Source: Trypanosoma brucei
Taxonomy: Eukaryota
NCBI GenBank assembly: GCA_000002445.1
Contig: CH464491.1
Location: 2,144,001 to 2,208,000 of the forward strand
DNA length: 64,000 bases
Reading direction: 5' to 3'
Shown one piece after another: positions 23,774-34,661 of this stretch. The notes beneath the pieces were generated by a model. It was not told the DNA's origin and did no database searches. It saw nothing but the letters and a program-made list of their open reading frames with translations. Every line of letters starts with the position of its first letter. Positions within the stretch are counted from its first letter, which is position 1. A program made the translations under genes and the position numbers.

Positions 23774-26620
23774 TTACACCAGGGAGTGCTCTATTTGAAG
23801 GGGTACACCGGTGCCGGGGTCACGTATTAAAGTATAATCTCTCTTGAACTCCTCGGAATCAAAAAAGGCATTTAGAGCCTCCTTTGATACATTCATTGTG
23901 CAATGCTCCAGCTGCATTACGTCAATACGCACGCGTGTCGGCTCCACGCCACCTGACATTTGCCGCTCGAACGCCCGAATAGCATGGACAGCAACCTTTA
24001 TGTGATGCTGAATGAGAGGCAGAGGCTCCGTATCGGAATCGAAGTATTTACGAAACCTGTTCTCCATCGCACTCCGCAGACTGTACTTTTGAGTCTGAAT
24101 AAAGCAGCGTAAAAATAGTGATATTGCGGCATTAACATCTTCGTCGCGAACGAAGTCACGAAGGTGCAACCGCGCATGAGCTTCGGAAAGGCGTATCACT
24201 GACTCCATATGCCTAACAGTGATCGCCACACCACCATGTTTCGACTCCTGTCGGAGTTCCGTGTAGAGCCGCGCAATTGTGTTTGCATCGATATTGGAAA
24301 CACGGGGGTGACAGTGTGCCTTGGCATAAAGAATATACTTTCTCAGCAATTGCTGCGGCAGCGGTTTATCACTTGACGGATCTTCATCTTCATTCAGTGG
24401 CTCGTTGGCGAGAGAGTTACGTAGTTGCTGCAACTGCGCCTCTACCACCCGGCGTTCCTCTTCTGTGGATGCGTTCTCCAGCGCGTACCGTAAACTGGAC
24501 AGTCGTTCCTGCAGTTCTCGCTCACTGCGCCGGCTCTCCTGTTGCGTTCGGGGATGGTTTCGAATGTGTGAATGACATATAAAAGTTGCTAACTTTTCGT
24601 CCAACTCCACGTTAACCTCGTCACGCACAACAAAGAGGAGATCGAAACGCGAAAGAATTGGTGTTGTAAGATTGACGTTAGAGTCAAACGATATGGAGGG
24701 GTCGTACCGCCCCCCTATAGGATTGGCCGCAGCGACTATGCTACACCGTGCTGAAAGCGTAGTGACAATACCACCACGAGCAACGGATATGGTTTGCTGC
24801 TCCATCGCTTCATGAATTGAAGTACGGTCTTGATCAGACATTTTGTCAAATTCGTCAATAAGGCAGCTGCCCCGGTCTGCAATAACAAGCGCGCCACCCT
24901 CCAACACAAAATCCCCCGTAACACCATCCCTATGCACGGAAGCCGTAAGCCCAACGGCTGTGGAGCCTCGACCCGTTGTGAAGACTGCGCGATTTGCCGT
25001 CTTCTCCACAAATTTGAGGAACTGAGATTTGGCACAGCCGGGATCACCAACAAGCAACACGTTAATGTCCCCTCGAATACGATGTGATTGATCGCCACCC
25101 ACGTCTTTTGGCACACCACCGAGCATCCCCAAGAGAAGACCAAGTTTGATGTCTTCACGCCCGTGGATGCTCGGAGCAATTGAGCGTAACAACTTCCGCT
25201 TGACACGCGGGTGCTTAGCCAGGTCCATTATTCGGACCCGCTCATCGTCAGGCAAGCGAAAACTATCGACCTCAGCGGTGCGACGCACCACGTTATTCGC
25301 GTGTAGCAAAGTTGTGAATACGGGAAAGCCCTGACGACTGTTTAGAAGCGGGTCGAAATTGTTGCGGTAGATTCCTGTGACGTCCACCTCCTCTCCAGGG
25401 TTCGCGCGGTCAATCAAGTCGTTCGTAAGAATGACCTCCAGGCTCCGTGGAAGCCGACCAGGAGGTACCTTCCCGGGTGATTCCTGCAGTACAATCGTCT
25501 GATGGTTGCGATACTCTGTGAGGGTCATGTTTACACGAAAGGGGCCCTTACTGTGGCAACTAGGACACAAACTGACGCGTTGCTCCTTATCTCCCCGCTG
25601 GTATATGGGACCAATAATGTAGCTGCAACGCACACAGTCGTACCTAACCGCCTGCATCTGGGGGTAAACGGGGGAACGCCGGATGACCACTCCCTCAACG
25701 CGCACAAGGACATTCATGTGTATCTGACGAAAGTCACGAATTGGGTCACACAACGGTAGGTCACATATTCGGACCAGAATGTGTTTATGGACTTTTCTGT
25801 AATGTGGAAACAGTTTAAAAGCAAAGTAGTTTGCTGCATCCTCCAGCAGTTCAATCATCACGTCGGGAACATCGACAAGCCACAGCGCCAACACAGAATC
25901 GTAGACGCGACTCAAATGGCTGTAGCTTAGCTGGAAGCTCTGCTCATTCTCACGAGCCATCAGATGCACCTTCTGTTCATAGACACAGACGCCATTTTCC
26001 ACATAGTTTAGGTAAAAGTTGTAGATACGGTTCTTCACAACGTGTCGAGGAAGTTCCTGAGAGAGCCACTCCACCAGGTCACACTGAGGTTGCCGCCAGT
26101 CAAAATCCATGGGGCCCAGCTCCCCGCGAACGTACACACCATCGTCATTGCCAGCGGTAGTGGTAACATCCTCATCCTCCTCATCGCCACCGGCACCTCT
26201 CCCTCCCACGCTTCCCTCCGCTGTAAAACCACTTCCGTCGCTACCAGTGCTAGGAATAGAATCCTTATCTACATCACTGAAGACACCCTCCTCCAATTGT
26301 CTTCGCTCCTCACGCAACCGCTGTTCCATTTCATTTCTTCTGTCGAGCAACGCATCAACAGCCAACCGGCCGGAGTCTGATATGACAGAAATATCGCTAT
26401 TGTCGTCAATCCAGTCGTCGTCCTCTACATCATCTTCAAGGACTTCGCTCTCCTCATCAGGGTGAAGATAATCGCGCTCGTAGTTGTCACCGAAGAGGTC
26501 CTCGCCTAGTTCTTCCTCGTCTCGTTCACTATCATCATCTTCTTCGCGCCCCCCGACGTCGTCAGCGCCTTGATGACGTGACGTGTCACCCTCCCGCCTG
26601 CGCTTGCGGTGAGGAGGCAT
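23774..26620 (-). CDS. MCM2: MCM-family replicative helicase subunit, most consistent with MCM2
   Basis: Walker A GDPGCAKSQFLK, MCM box IDEFDKM, arginine finger SRFDL, CxxC...CxxC zinc finger, and a long acidic N-terminal region typical of MCM2. Confidence 0.85.
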   Translation of the reverse strand: MPPHRKRRREGDTSRHQGADDVGGREEDDDSERDEEELGEDLFGDNYERDYLHPDEESEVLEDDVEDDDWIDDNSDISVISDSGRLAVDALLDRRNEMEQRLREERRQLEEGVFSDVDKDSIPSTGSDGSGFTAEGSVGGRGAGGDEEDEDVTTTAGNDDGVYVRGELGPMDFDWRQPQCDLVEWLSQELPRHVVKNRIYNFYLNYVENGVCVYEQKVHLMARENEQSFQLSYSHLSRVYDSVLALWLVDVPDVMIELLEDAANYFAFKLFPHYRKVHKHILVRICDLPLCDPIRDFRQIHMNVLVRVEGVVIRRSPVYPQMQAVRYDCVRCSYIIGPIYQRGDKEQRVSLCPSCHSKGPFRVNMTLTEYRNHQTIVLQESPGKVPPGRLPRSLEVILTNDLIDRANPGEEVDVTGIYRNNFDPLLNSRQGFPVFTTLLHANNVVRRTAEVDSFRLPDDERVRIMDLAKHPRVKRKLLRSIAPSIHGREDIKLGLLLGMLGGVPKDVGGDQSHRIRGDINVLLVGDPGCAKSQFLKFVEKTANRAVFTTGRGSTAVGLTASVHRDGVTGDFVLEGGALVIADRGSCLIDEFDKMSDQDRTSIHEAMEQQTISVARGGIVTTLSARCSIVAAANPIGGRYDPSISFDSNVNLTTPILSRFDLLFVVRDEVNVELDEKLATFICHSHIRNHPRTQQESRRSERELQERLSSLRYALENASTEEERRVVEAQLQQLRNSLANEPLNEDEDPSSDKPLPQQLLRKYILYAKAHCHPRVSNIDANTIARLYTELRQESKHGGVAITVRHMESVIRLSEAHARLHLRDFVRDEDVNAAISLFLRCFIQTQKYSLRSAMENRFRKYFDSDTEPLPLIQHHIKVAVHAIRAFERQMSGGVEPTRVRIDVMQLEHCTMNVSKEALNAFFDSEEFKRDYTLIRDPGTGVPLQIEHSLV

Positions 26621-27273
26621 AGAAACGCTTACGCAAAGAGCAGAGCCCCTGGAGCCGCTATAACTTCAGCTAGCTTTTGAAATGCTTTACGAAAAGAAAG
26701 ATGTAAAGAAAAAATGAGGAAGGAATGGTAACCACATCCATTCCTTAACAGTCCTTCTGGGCACCGTGCCTCATACCAGTAATATCACTTTTCCTTTTTC
26801 TTGAGTGGGAGGGGTGTCCTTCACTGATGTCAAAATCCGTCAAAAGTCACAGCGTATTGGTCACACGTCCACTAAAGTGAAACTTCTCGTGCTCAATAGA
26901 TCCATACATCTCCTTACAGATGCCGACCCGGAGGCACCGAGCACAAGGGCTTGAAGTTGTTTAAAGAAGCATAAAAACACAGGACAAAAATGAGAAATAA
27001 AAAAAATATCTGTGAAAACCATTGCAAAAATAACACTCAAAAAAAAAGTGGTGCTACCACATATTTCCTCTCCATGTGAAAGGAGGTGAGCAAGCCCCGT
27101 TAAACATGGGCATTGGTGAAAGAAAATAGCATCCACAAAGCACACAAAAGTCAACAGCAACGGCCACAATAGCACAATAAATGCTCTGTGGTGTCGCCCA
27201 GTGCTTGTGTCTTTGATAATATTATTCAAAAGTATTGGCGGATTGTTTCGGCCCTGCGGCAGGCCTCCACCAT

Positions 27274-29046
27274 CTAAACACCAATGTCACAGGCAGTAAC
27301 CCTGTCACTGCGCAGCGTTGTGAAGAACCAATCGGCATTTTCAACCTCCTCAATATTTACAAACAGCCCTCCGCCGAAAACGACGCCCTTTTCATCCTCG
27401 AAGGGGCACCCTCTTAAGTAACCCTTGCATCGTCTACGTGACCTCACTGTGGCCCCGTGCTGAGCCACCAGCTCTTGCGGAACCCACAGAGCGGAAGTAT
27501 AACGACGCTCCCAAGCACGCAGTGCGAGGAGACTTTTCAGGGTACCGCTGTATGGTTTATTCAAAATATCATGAGGTATGTAACTTGGCCACCATTTCAA
27601 GGCTTCAGCAGGAACCTTCACATCCGACATGTTGTAGATGACAAACGGGCGGCCGGAGGCACTGTACATGTGTTCCACGCGGAAAGCGTCCGGTGACAGC
27701 GTCCATCGGTCGCTTAAATAGTCTAGAAATGTTGCTGGTATCCACATCCGTGAAAGGGTCTTTTTCGCGCACTGGGCTCGTACACACTCCCAAGCGCACG
27801 AAATTCCAAAAACAGGAGCCTGGTTAAGAAACATTGTTGGGGTCTTCATTATCATCTCTTCGAGGTGCAGTGGGTCTTCAAACTGCTCTACGTTGAAGAA
27901 GCAACTGCTGCTCTGCATACCACAATGAGTGTCATGAATTCCTGGTGTGACGAACGTTATGCCCTGTTCCCGTGGCTTCAAGCGGACGACACCACCAACT
28001 TCATCCGTGTGGAGTACAAAGTAGGGATTGGCGTACCCCCTTAGAAGCGCAAAGCGCTGAAGGGCCTTCTGAAACTCGCGATTGGTGCAGTGGACGGTAG
28101 CCATGCGGGACAGACTGAACAGCACGGGAAGGGAAAGTTTTGCTACCTCTTCCGCTAAACAGCGGTGCCTGACAGTACTTACTGGCTCTCTAGCAAGGGA
28201 GGAAAGGAACGGAAAACCACTGACCTTCATTTGGCCAATCGTTACGCCACCAACTGCCAAATCAATTTCCTTTTTCGTCGGAAACACATCGGCGTCCTCA
28301 AACTGGTCGGCGCAGAAGTACTCCACGGCGTGCGCACCTCCCTTTCCGGAAAAGTACGACGTAAGTATGGGAGGATAGTCCCTCATTCCCTCCCTTGAAA
28401 CATTTACGCCAAATGAAGCGCCTTCTGCCATGGTAACCCATGTGCGAGAAACATAACCGCAGCGCAGGGCCTTTCGACGCATAAGTATAGAGATAGGACG
28501 GGGAAACGGTTGATTTGTGAGGGAATGGGGTTCATAAAGAACACAATCGCTTGGGTTGTAGCGCCCCTGGAAGGGTGTTTGCTCCGCGTTGATTAAGCGC
28601 CTGCTGCTGCAGCCCTCACCCACCCAGTAGGGGCTCCTAAAACAAGCTTTCCCGGCTATCAACTTCAACGCTTTAACACGAGATTCCCCAAAGGGAGCTC
28701 CAACGGATGACAGAGGGAAGGATCCGTGTAGTCCCGCAGCGATGTTGCCCTTGTAGTCTTCGAAGAACTCCACATCCGTCGTGTGAGCGGCGTTAACCAG
28801 TATACGATCGTGGCCAAGAGCTGCAAGGTCAGTAACAGCACATCCCGGTATTAACAAAACGTCGCACAAAATAGCGTTCGGAAGCAGTGTGATTCCTTCT
28901 TTCAGGCCTTTCACCAGCCTTTTGGGAACCCAAACATTACTCTCCAGTTTGTATCGACTAGCGAATACGATGAGGCCGCGACAAATCTCCTCAGGAAAAA
29001 ATGCACCGGTGAAAAGGTGAGGTGTTTTCCACCTCCATTTGGTCAT
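27274..29046 (-). CDS. Conserved-looking hypothetical protein (590 aa), Cys/Trp-rich, no recognised motif
   Basis: Long uninterrupted ORF on the PTU strand with globular, non-repetitive composition. Confidence 0.55.
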   Translation of the reverse strand: MTKWRWKTPHLFTGAFFPEEICRGLIVFASRYKLESNVWVPKRLVKGLKEGITLLPNAILCDVLLIPGCAVTDLAALGHDRILVNAAHTTDVEFFEDYKGNIAAGLHGSFPLSSVGAPFGESRVKALKLIAGKACFRSPYWVGEGCSSRRLINAEQTPFQGRYNPSDCVLYEPHSLTNQPFPRPISILMRRKALRCGYVSRTWVTMAEGASFGVNVSREGMRDYPPILTSYFSGKGGAHAVEYFCADQFEDADVFPTKKEIDLAVGGVTIGQMKVSGFPFLSSLAREPVSTVRHRCLAEEVAKLSLPVLFSLSRMATVHCTNREFQKALQRFALLRGYANPYFVLHTDEVGGVVRLKPREQGITFVTPGIHDTHCGMQSSSCFFNVEQFEDPLHLEEMIMKTPTMFLNQAPVFGISCAWECVRAQCAKKTLSRMWIPATFLDYLSDRWTLSPDAFRVEHMYSASGRPFVIYNMSDVKVPAEALKWWPSYIPHDILNKPYSGTLKSLLALRAWERRYTSALWVPQELVAQHGATVRSRRRCKGYLRGCPFEDEKGVVFGGGLFVNIEEVENADWFFTTLRSDRVTACDIGV

Positions 29047-29473
29047 GACCCTTCAAACTACACCGCTGCCAACAGGGAATACGAAAAAAAAAAAGTGAGC
29101 AACAACCCGCAACTTGTGTTCGATCCTTACCACACTTCTAGCATGTTGTGGGGAAATAGAGACAGCATTTACCTTTTAAAAAAAAAGATAGAAAAATGCG
29201 GCACAGATGAGATGTCATCCAGTACAGAGGAATAGTGAAGGCAGGTGGAAGGCAGCGTGAGATAAAATCAATATCGCGCAACGGATAGTGCCTGATCCCT
29301 ACCTTTAACAACGTAGCGTTGCTTCGGCATTGTTTCCCGAGAACAAAAGTGTACATCGCACTTTGTAGGCCCAACTCCAGCGGCCTGCAAGGGAGAACCG
29401 ATGCTTTTCTCACACCTTCACCCGTACCTGTGGTAGTTTTGCGTTGCAAGGAAAAGTCAACCCTGCGAGCGAA

Positions 29474-29953
29474 TCAATCACTGATGCTAAAGGTGGCCCT
29501 AAATTCCCTCATCCGGGCTTCGAGGTATTCAGTCAACTCCTTCCCGCTTGCCACGAGTTCTTCAGCAATCTGTTCCCGCTCCAGCGCGTACCTCTTCACT
29601 GAACGACTGTGTTTCCTGAATTCCTCATGTAGATTCGCCACAGCCGGGTCAACCAGCAGAACAGAAGAGTCAGGGCTTTGCCCAACATTATACGGCGTCG
29701 CAGTAAAAGCATTTTTACAGAGCGGTGGGCGTCCCCGCTTCTTGCGATCGGGCTGCAGGGTCCCATTCCCCTGGTTATCCACCAAATTACCGTCTGAATC
29801 CGTGCCTGATAACTGGACTGCTATTTCGTGAAGACGGTCGAAGCCCTCTTCTATCTTACAATCCAAAACCCTCAATCGTCTCAGGTACCGCCACGCATCC
29901 GAACGAGTGTGCTCCGTGCTCGCAACAAACAATTCGAGTTGGTTTAGTTCCAT
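29474..29953 (-). CDS. Hypothetical protein (159 aa) with a KKRGRPP AT-hook-like motif
   Basis: Complete ORF on the PTU strand with a GRP AT-hook core. Low confidence that it is expressed. Confidence 0.4.
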   Translation of the reverse strand: MELNQLELFVASTEHTRSDAWRYLRRLRVLDCKIEEGFDRLHEIAVQLSGTDSDGNLVDNQGNGTLQPDRKKRGRPPLCKNAFTATPYNVGQSPDSSVLLVDPAVANLHEEFRKHSRSVKRYALEREQIAEELVASGKELTEYLEARMREFRATFSISD

Positions 29954-29992
29954 ATATATATATATATATATATTTATTTATTTATTTATTTC
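29953..29992. repeat. (TA)n(ATTT)n compound microsatellite directly upstream of the preceding ORF
   Basis: catatatatatatatatatatatttatttatttatttatttcg. Confidence 0.9.
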
Positions 29993-31120
29993 GTGAGTGA
30001 GTGAGAAAACGCCGGAGTGTAACAACGCTTATCGGTGTGATGATTGTGCTCGTGACAATACAGTTAGTTTAATCCAGCAAAGCGCAATCTGGGTATAATC
30101 CGTCCCACCCGCCCGCATACGCGGCCGCCGCCCAGTGGGGAACTTGTGGGTCCGAAACCTCTTCGTTTCCTTGTCGTTGTTGGATGTAATTGATGTGGTG
30201 CATAGTGAAATTGCAAAAGGGGAAGGAATGGCAAAGCAGTTGGTTATGTAACTGAAGTGAACACATGTGGTATAAACGACATGTACAAGCGAGCCCACAG
30301 TCTCTCGATGAGCCCACTTAGGGATAATTGGAAACATTCCAGATGCCCAACTCCTCTGTGGAACAACACTCGAGTAACAAAAGGGAAGAGAAACTGATGG
30401 ATTCCTCAGACAAACAACGCGAAAGGAAGTAACAACAACACAGTGCGGTAATGATAATGGTTGAGTAAAAGCAGCTTAAAAATCGGGCGCCTCACAGGTG
30501 CCTCACGCACGCGAAACATCGTATTATACCAAAGGATTTGCAATAACCCCCCCCCATAAAACCAGTGTCGCCTTAACATGCTGGGGGTAACGGAACACTG
30601 TGTTTGTACAACCGGGCCCCCTCTCACTACCGCCTATCCATTAAATGGCATTTTTAATTCTATTGAACTACGACGTATGCTTTCCACATTTCTGCTTTAC
30701 TCTTTTTTTAAATACCCGCCCCCTCAATTGTTTATTAGTAGTGTAGACATGCCCCCCCCCCTCCCTTCCTGGTCCCGAACGGCCGAATTAACCCTTTCCC
30801 TCAATAGTAAACACCACCCCCTTCACCCGCATAACATGTAAGGCCCCCTCACCGAAAGCACCGATCGTCAGATTTGTTATTTAAAATATTTAAAAGCCCT
30901 TCTTCACATCATTCCCCGAGACCCCCCTCCACAAAGAGTAAAGATGCCAACACACACACACACAGGGCCATGCAGAAGGTAAGAAAAAAGGGGGAGAAGT
31001 GTGTCCATATGGACGGACCATCGACCGCGTGTTCTGCTGCCAACGTAGCGAAGGGACAAGAAGAGAGCAAGGAGTGTGATCAGTCGAAAACGTATTTACT
31101 CTCGACAAACACGACGACGT

Positions 31121-32410
31121 TCAGCTGGATCTCCCGTCCCACTGCCATTGTGGCGAAGGGAGTCGTTCACTCCTTAACTTGTACACGCCAATGGTATCAT
31201 TTCCAGCGTATACAAGCCCCATATCTTGCGGGCTCCAGCGACGCACCTCTCTGCGAACGGTGTAGTCCTTCACAAGTTTATAGTGAGTGTAGAGGAGTTC
31301 GTGAAAACGCCAGTCACCTGTCGAAGCTACATCACCAATGTAAATGACGACCTTGCCACCTGCTTGTGTGAAGTACTCCAAAGCTTCGAACGCCATGGAG
31401 CTCTGCTCCTCCTTGGGAGAGCCGAATGGGGGCCAAGAGAGTAGTAGCACACTTGTAGGACACTGCAATGAGAGCAGAGCAACGGGTCCCCCGAGCGACA
31501 CACACACACTGTAAGGACAATTCAGTGCAACCTCGTCAAAGGCGTATATGGGAAGCTTTTTCTTGGGGTAAAAGCACGCATGCACACCCTCAAACGAAGA
31601 GATGCCCAAAGCAGGATCTGGATCCCTTGGCGCCGCCGGTACGCCATTGGCAACACGGTTAAAAATGTGTTCCACGTACCCAACGCCACTTCCCACACTC
31701 ACAATACAACTCATCTCAGGAAGAGCCCTGTACGCAGCATCCAATGCATCCTTCACGTGTTTGGGAGATACGAGACTCCAAGCGAATGCCGTTGATGCAA
31801 TACGGTGTGCCTCGTACGTCAGTGGCACCTTCAAAATGTCCGGCAGTTCCCTACGACACCGATCAATTTCATCTTTAAAGATTTGGTAATCATCACCAGA
31901 GGCGTCAAAGATGGCATCGACCAAGTACGCTATGTGTGGAAAGTAACACATAAGAGAACATCGGGGGCAATTACGATAGTAATACATCTCTCCTACCCTT
32001 CCCTGCGTGTTTTCATCTATGCCATCGAACCCGCAAACGTCGCAACTCCAGAGTTCTTCTTCCTCCTGCAACCGTGCCTTCTCCCGCAGACGCTCTAACT
32101 CCTCACGACTTGTTCCTTTTCGCTCCACTAATGGCGTTTTTTCTCCACTGTGAGGCAGAAAACAAATGCGGCCAAACGGACAGAAACCGTATTCCTCGAA
32201 CACCGGGCACACGACGAGCCGCTCCGGGGGTGGGGCCAGTTGTGGAACCTCTGGTGGAAGTCCCCCCGTTTCAGCGTAGAAAGGGGATGGTCGGGCTAAC
32301 ATTACGTGTTTTGATGCCCTCCGCTGGTTTGCATATACCGAAGCAGTGTGGCAGGTGAGCTTACACATAGAACACGAACACAAAGCACCCTCTACGCTGT
32401 GCATTGACAT
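31121..32410 (-). CDS. CCCH zinc finger plus CxxC zinc ribbon plus SAM-methyltransferase-like domain protein (TRM13-like architecture)
   Basis: CPVFEEYGFCPFGRICFLPH gives C-x8-C-x5-C-x3-H. SCDVCGF...NCPRCS gives CxxC...CxxC. VSVGSGVGYVEHIF is a GxGxG Rossmann motif. The N-terminal CCCH plus C-terminal MTase order resembles tRNA 2'-O-methyltransferase TRM13. Confidence 0.55.
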   Translation of the reverse strand: MSMHSVEGALCSCSMCKLTCHTASVYANQRRASKHVMLARPSPFYAETGGLPPEVPQLAPPPERLVVCPVFEEYGFCPFGRICFLPHSGEKTPLVERKGTSREELERLREKARLQEEEELWSCDVCGFDGIDENTQGRVGEMYYYRNCPRCSLMCYFPHIAYLVDAIFDASGDDYQIFKDEIDRCRRELPDILKVPLTYEAHRIASTAFAWSLVSPKHVKDALDAAYRALPEMSCIVSVGSGVGYVEHIFNRVANGVPAAPRDPDPALGISSFEGVHACFYPKKKLPIYAFDEVALNCPYSVCVSLGGPVALLSLQCPTSVLLLSWPPFGSPKEEQSSMAFEALEYFTQAGGKVVIYIGDVASTGDWRFHELLYTHYKLVKDYTVRREVRRWSPQDMGLVYAGNDTIGVYKLRSERLPSPQWQWDGRSS

Positions 32411-33167
32411 ATCCCTCTAAGAATGCAGGTAAAAAGACTAAGTGAGGGGGAAAGAGAGGAGGATACACAAAATCAAGCTGAGTTCACACCGCAGCCGGTA
32501 CAATCCCGGCACGCTTGGTAAAGAAAAAAAGAGCGTAGGGAAGAGGCTCAGTGGAGACACGTTATATATAGCATTAAGACACGCTCAAAAAAAGACGACC
32601 TGCACCCTAAACACCTCAACAGTGGAAGGAACGCACGTAACATTACTATTCATCACTCCTTTCCTTAGACCCTCTAGCCCATGAGAAAGATTGTGCAGGG
32701 AAGAGTTTTACTAAGGTTGAACTTATTCTCTCGTCCTTTCCCACCTATATACCCTCATTAACATGTGTGTGAGAACTTGGCAAAAGTGCCCTGGCTTAGT
32801 TTCAGTGAAACACAGATGTATCGGTGGAACGCTGACAAATGACGGACTTCGTACTGAGCAATATTCTCACGCCCCCGGGCCTGTTCGTTACTTTTTCTTA
32901 TGTCTTTACGATGCTCTTCTAGCCCATCAACAGCGACTTGACCAGTATTGGTTGAACCCCTTGTACCAGTTAAATGTGCATTCGTTCCCCTTTGTCTACC
33001 TTTATATTGTTCACTTCAATACAAAAATCATCTTCTCGTTCTCCTTTAAAGCGAATAAGAACTTTTTCCCCCTCCGCTTAACCACTGGCAAAAACTGCAG
33101 AAAAACCAAGAGCACTTGCCGCCAACCACCCACACCGAACATCGACGACCGCAGCTCACTTTAGCAT

Positions 33168-33593
33168 CTAAAAGTCATCGCTGAAGCTCTGGTGCTGGCC
33201 ACCTTGTTGGTTATCATTACGTCCCCTGCCTGAGTTACGATCACCACCAAAATCCCTTCCCCCTCGGCCGCCACCGAAGCCGCGACCGCGTCCTGCTCCC
33301 TCTGGTGGCCTCGGCCCTGACGGAAGCTTGGCTCCTCCAGGAGAAGTAACATTCTCGGCACGCGTGCGGCCATCCTGCGAAGCAACCTCGAACTCAACTT
33401 CCTGTCCGACAGTTAGTGCACGAAAGCCCCCCGTTTCCGTTTGAAGAGCTGAGAAATGCACAAAGTGTTGCTTCTTGTCTGCGTCGTCTTCAATGAAACC
33501 AAAACCACGTCCAGACATCCACGATATCACCTTACCCTTGTTGAGAAAGAGGGTGCATGGAGCCATGCGCTTAACTATGGAAGCGCGAATCAT
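33168..33593 (-). CDS. RBP16: Cold-shock domain protein with a C-terminal RGG/RG-rich tail; matches mitochondrial RNA-binding protein RBP16 (Y-box family)
   Basis: CSD core GKVISWMSGRGFGFIEDD...HFVHFSAL...GQEVEFEV. Tail GRGRGFGGGRGGRDFGGDRNSGRGRN. 141 aa, consistent with a ~16 kDa CSD+RGG protein. Confidence 0.7.
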   Translation of the reverse strand: MIRASIVKRMAPCTLFLNKGKVISWMSGRGFGFIEDDADKKQHFVHFSALQTETGGFRALTVGQEVEFEVASQDGRTRAENVTSPGGAKLPSGPRPPEGAGRGRGFGGGRGGRDFGGDRNSGRGRNDNQQGGQHQSFSDDF

Positions 33594-33944
33594 CTGTAAG
33601 GTGTTACTTAATAGTTCTTACGTGTGCGTGTATGTGGGTGATGGTGACCTATCGGTCTTCTCTTTTCCTACTAACTTGGAAGGATGAAACGATCCACGTG
33701 GACAAACTGACGTACCCTAAGGAGAAATAGCATTGAAAGACAGAAGGAGAAGTGGTACATTAGGAATAAGCCGTCAAACCAACACGTGGGCTCATGAAAG
33801 AGGTAGACAAGACACTTTGGTCGACATTACACACTGAGAAACAACTCATTAAAAATAACAAAAACGTAGCGCGCCTCGCATAATCATGCTCAAGCGGCCG
33901 TGAGTGTGAGCACGAGTTTTTGTGACCATAAGGATCCTCTTCCA

Positions 33945-34466
33945 TCAAAAATCAACTGGGACCCCACTGAAAGGGTCCGGAAAACTGTCGTCGATAACAT
34001 GCAGTCTGTCTTGGATTCCTTGGTAAAGGTACTTTTGCAAACGCTCTTGCTCTCCCCTGTACTTCAACCACTTTGATCTGCTCATGCATCGGTGAGAAGT
34101 GTCAGAGCACAAGCTACTGCGCACTCTGATTTGTTGGGCCCAGATTTCGGGCCCGAAACTAAGTGGTGTATCCGAACGGTTGAACTTCTCACGTTGCAGC
34201 GTGAAGAAAACCACTTCCCCCAATAAAACCACCGGCACCCATTCACTCTTGGAATTCACCGCAGTGGATAACCGGACCCTCCGATTTCCATCCAACGCAA
34301 CGATGTCATCAACAGAAAAGAAAATCGCATCCGTTGGTTCAAGGGTGGTTACAGTGTCACCTACACGACGGATAACACGTGCAGACGAAAGGTTGTGCTT
34401 GATTACACCGAGTCCCTTGTCAGCGCTAAATTTGGTTATTATCCCTTCAACTACGGCACCCTTCAT
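33945..34466 (-). CDS. Divergent cold-shock/OB-fold-like protein immediately upstream of RBP16
   Basis: GIITKFSADKGLGVIKHN...IFFSVDDIVAL...GEVVFFTLQRE has the same spacing as the CSD (KGFGFI / FVHFS / GxxVxF) but with substitutions. The track ORF extends to 34553, and the Met at 34466 is the likelier start. Confidence 0.4.
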   Translation of the reverse strand: MKGAVVEGIITKFSADKGLGVIKHNLSSARVIRRVGDTVTTLEPTDAIFFSVDDIVALDGNRRVRLSTAVNSKSEWVPVVLLGEVVFFTLQREKFNRSDTPLSFGPEIWAQQIRVRSSLCSDTSHRCMSRSKWLKYRGEQERLQKYLYQGIQDRLHVIDDSFPDPFSGVPVDF

Positions 34467-34661
34467 GTGCAAGCAGGAGAAAAACTCTGCACACATCAGA
34501 TGGAATTTTTTTATTGGTCGGAAGAAGGAAATGTAAATCCTTTTTGCGTTCAACTTAACTGCAATCGCACAGTGTAAAGCACAAGCACTTCAAACGACCC
34601 CAGCCGACCGTAAGACAACTTCTGTTACAGAACTCAGCCGCAACAAAATGGGATAAATCCA

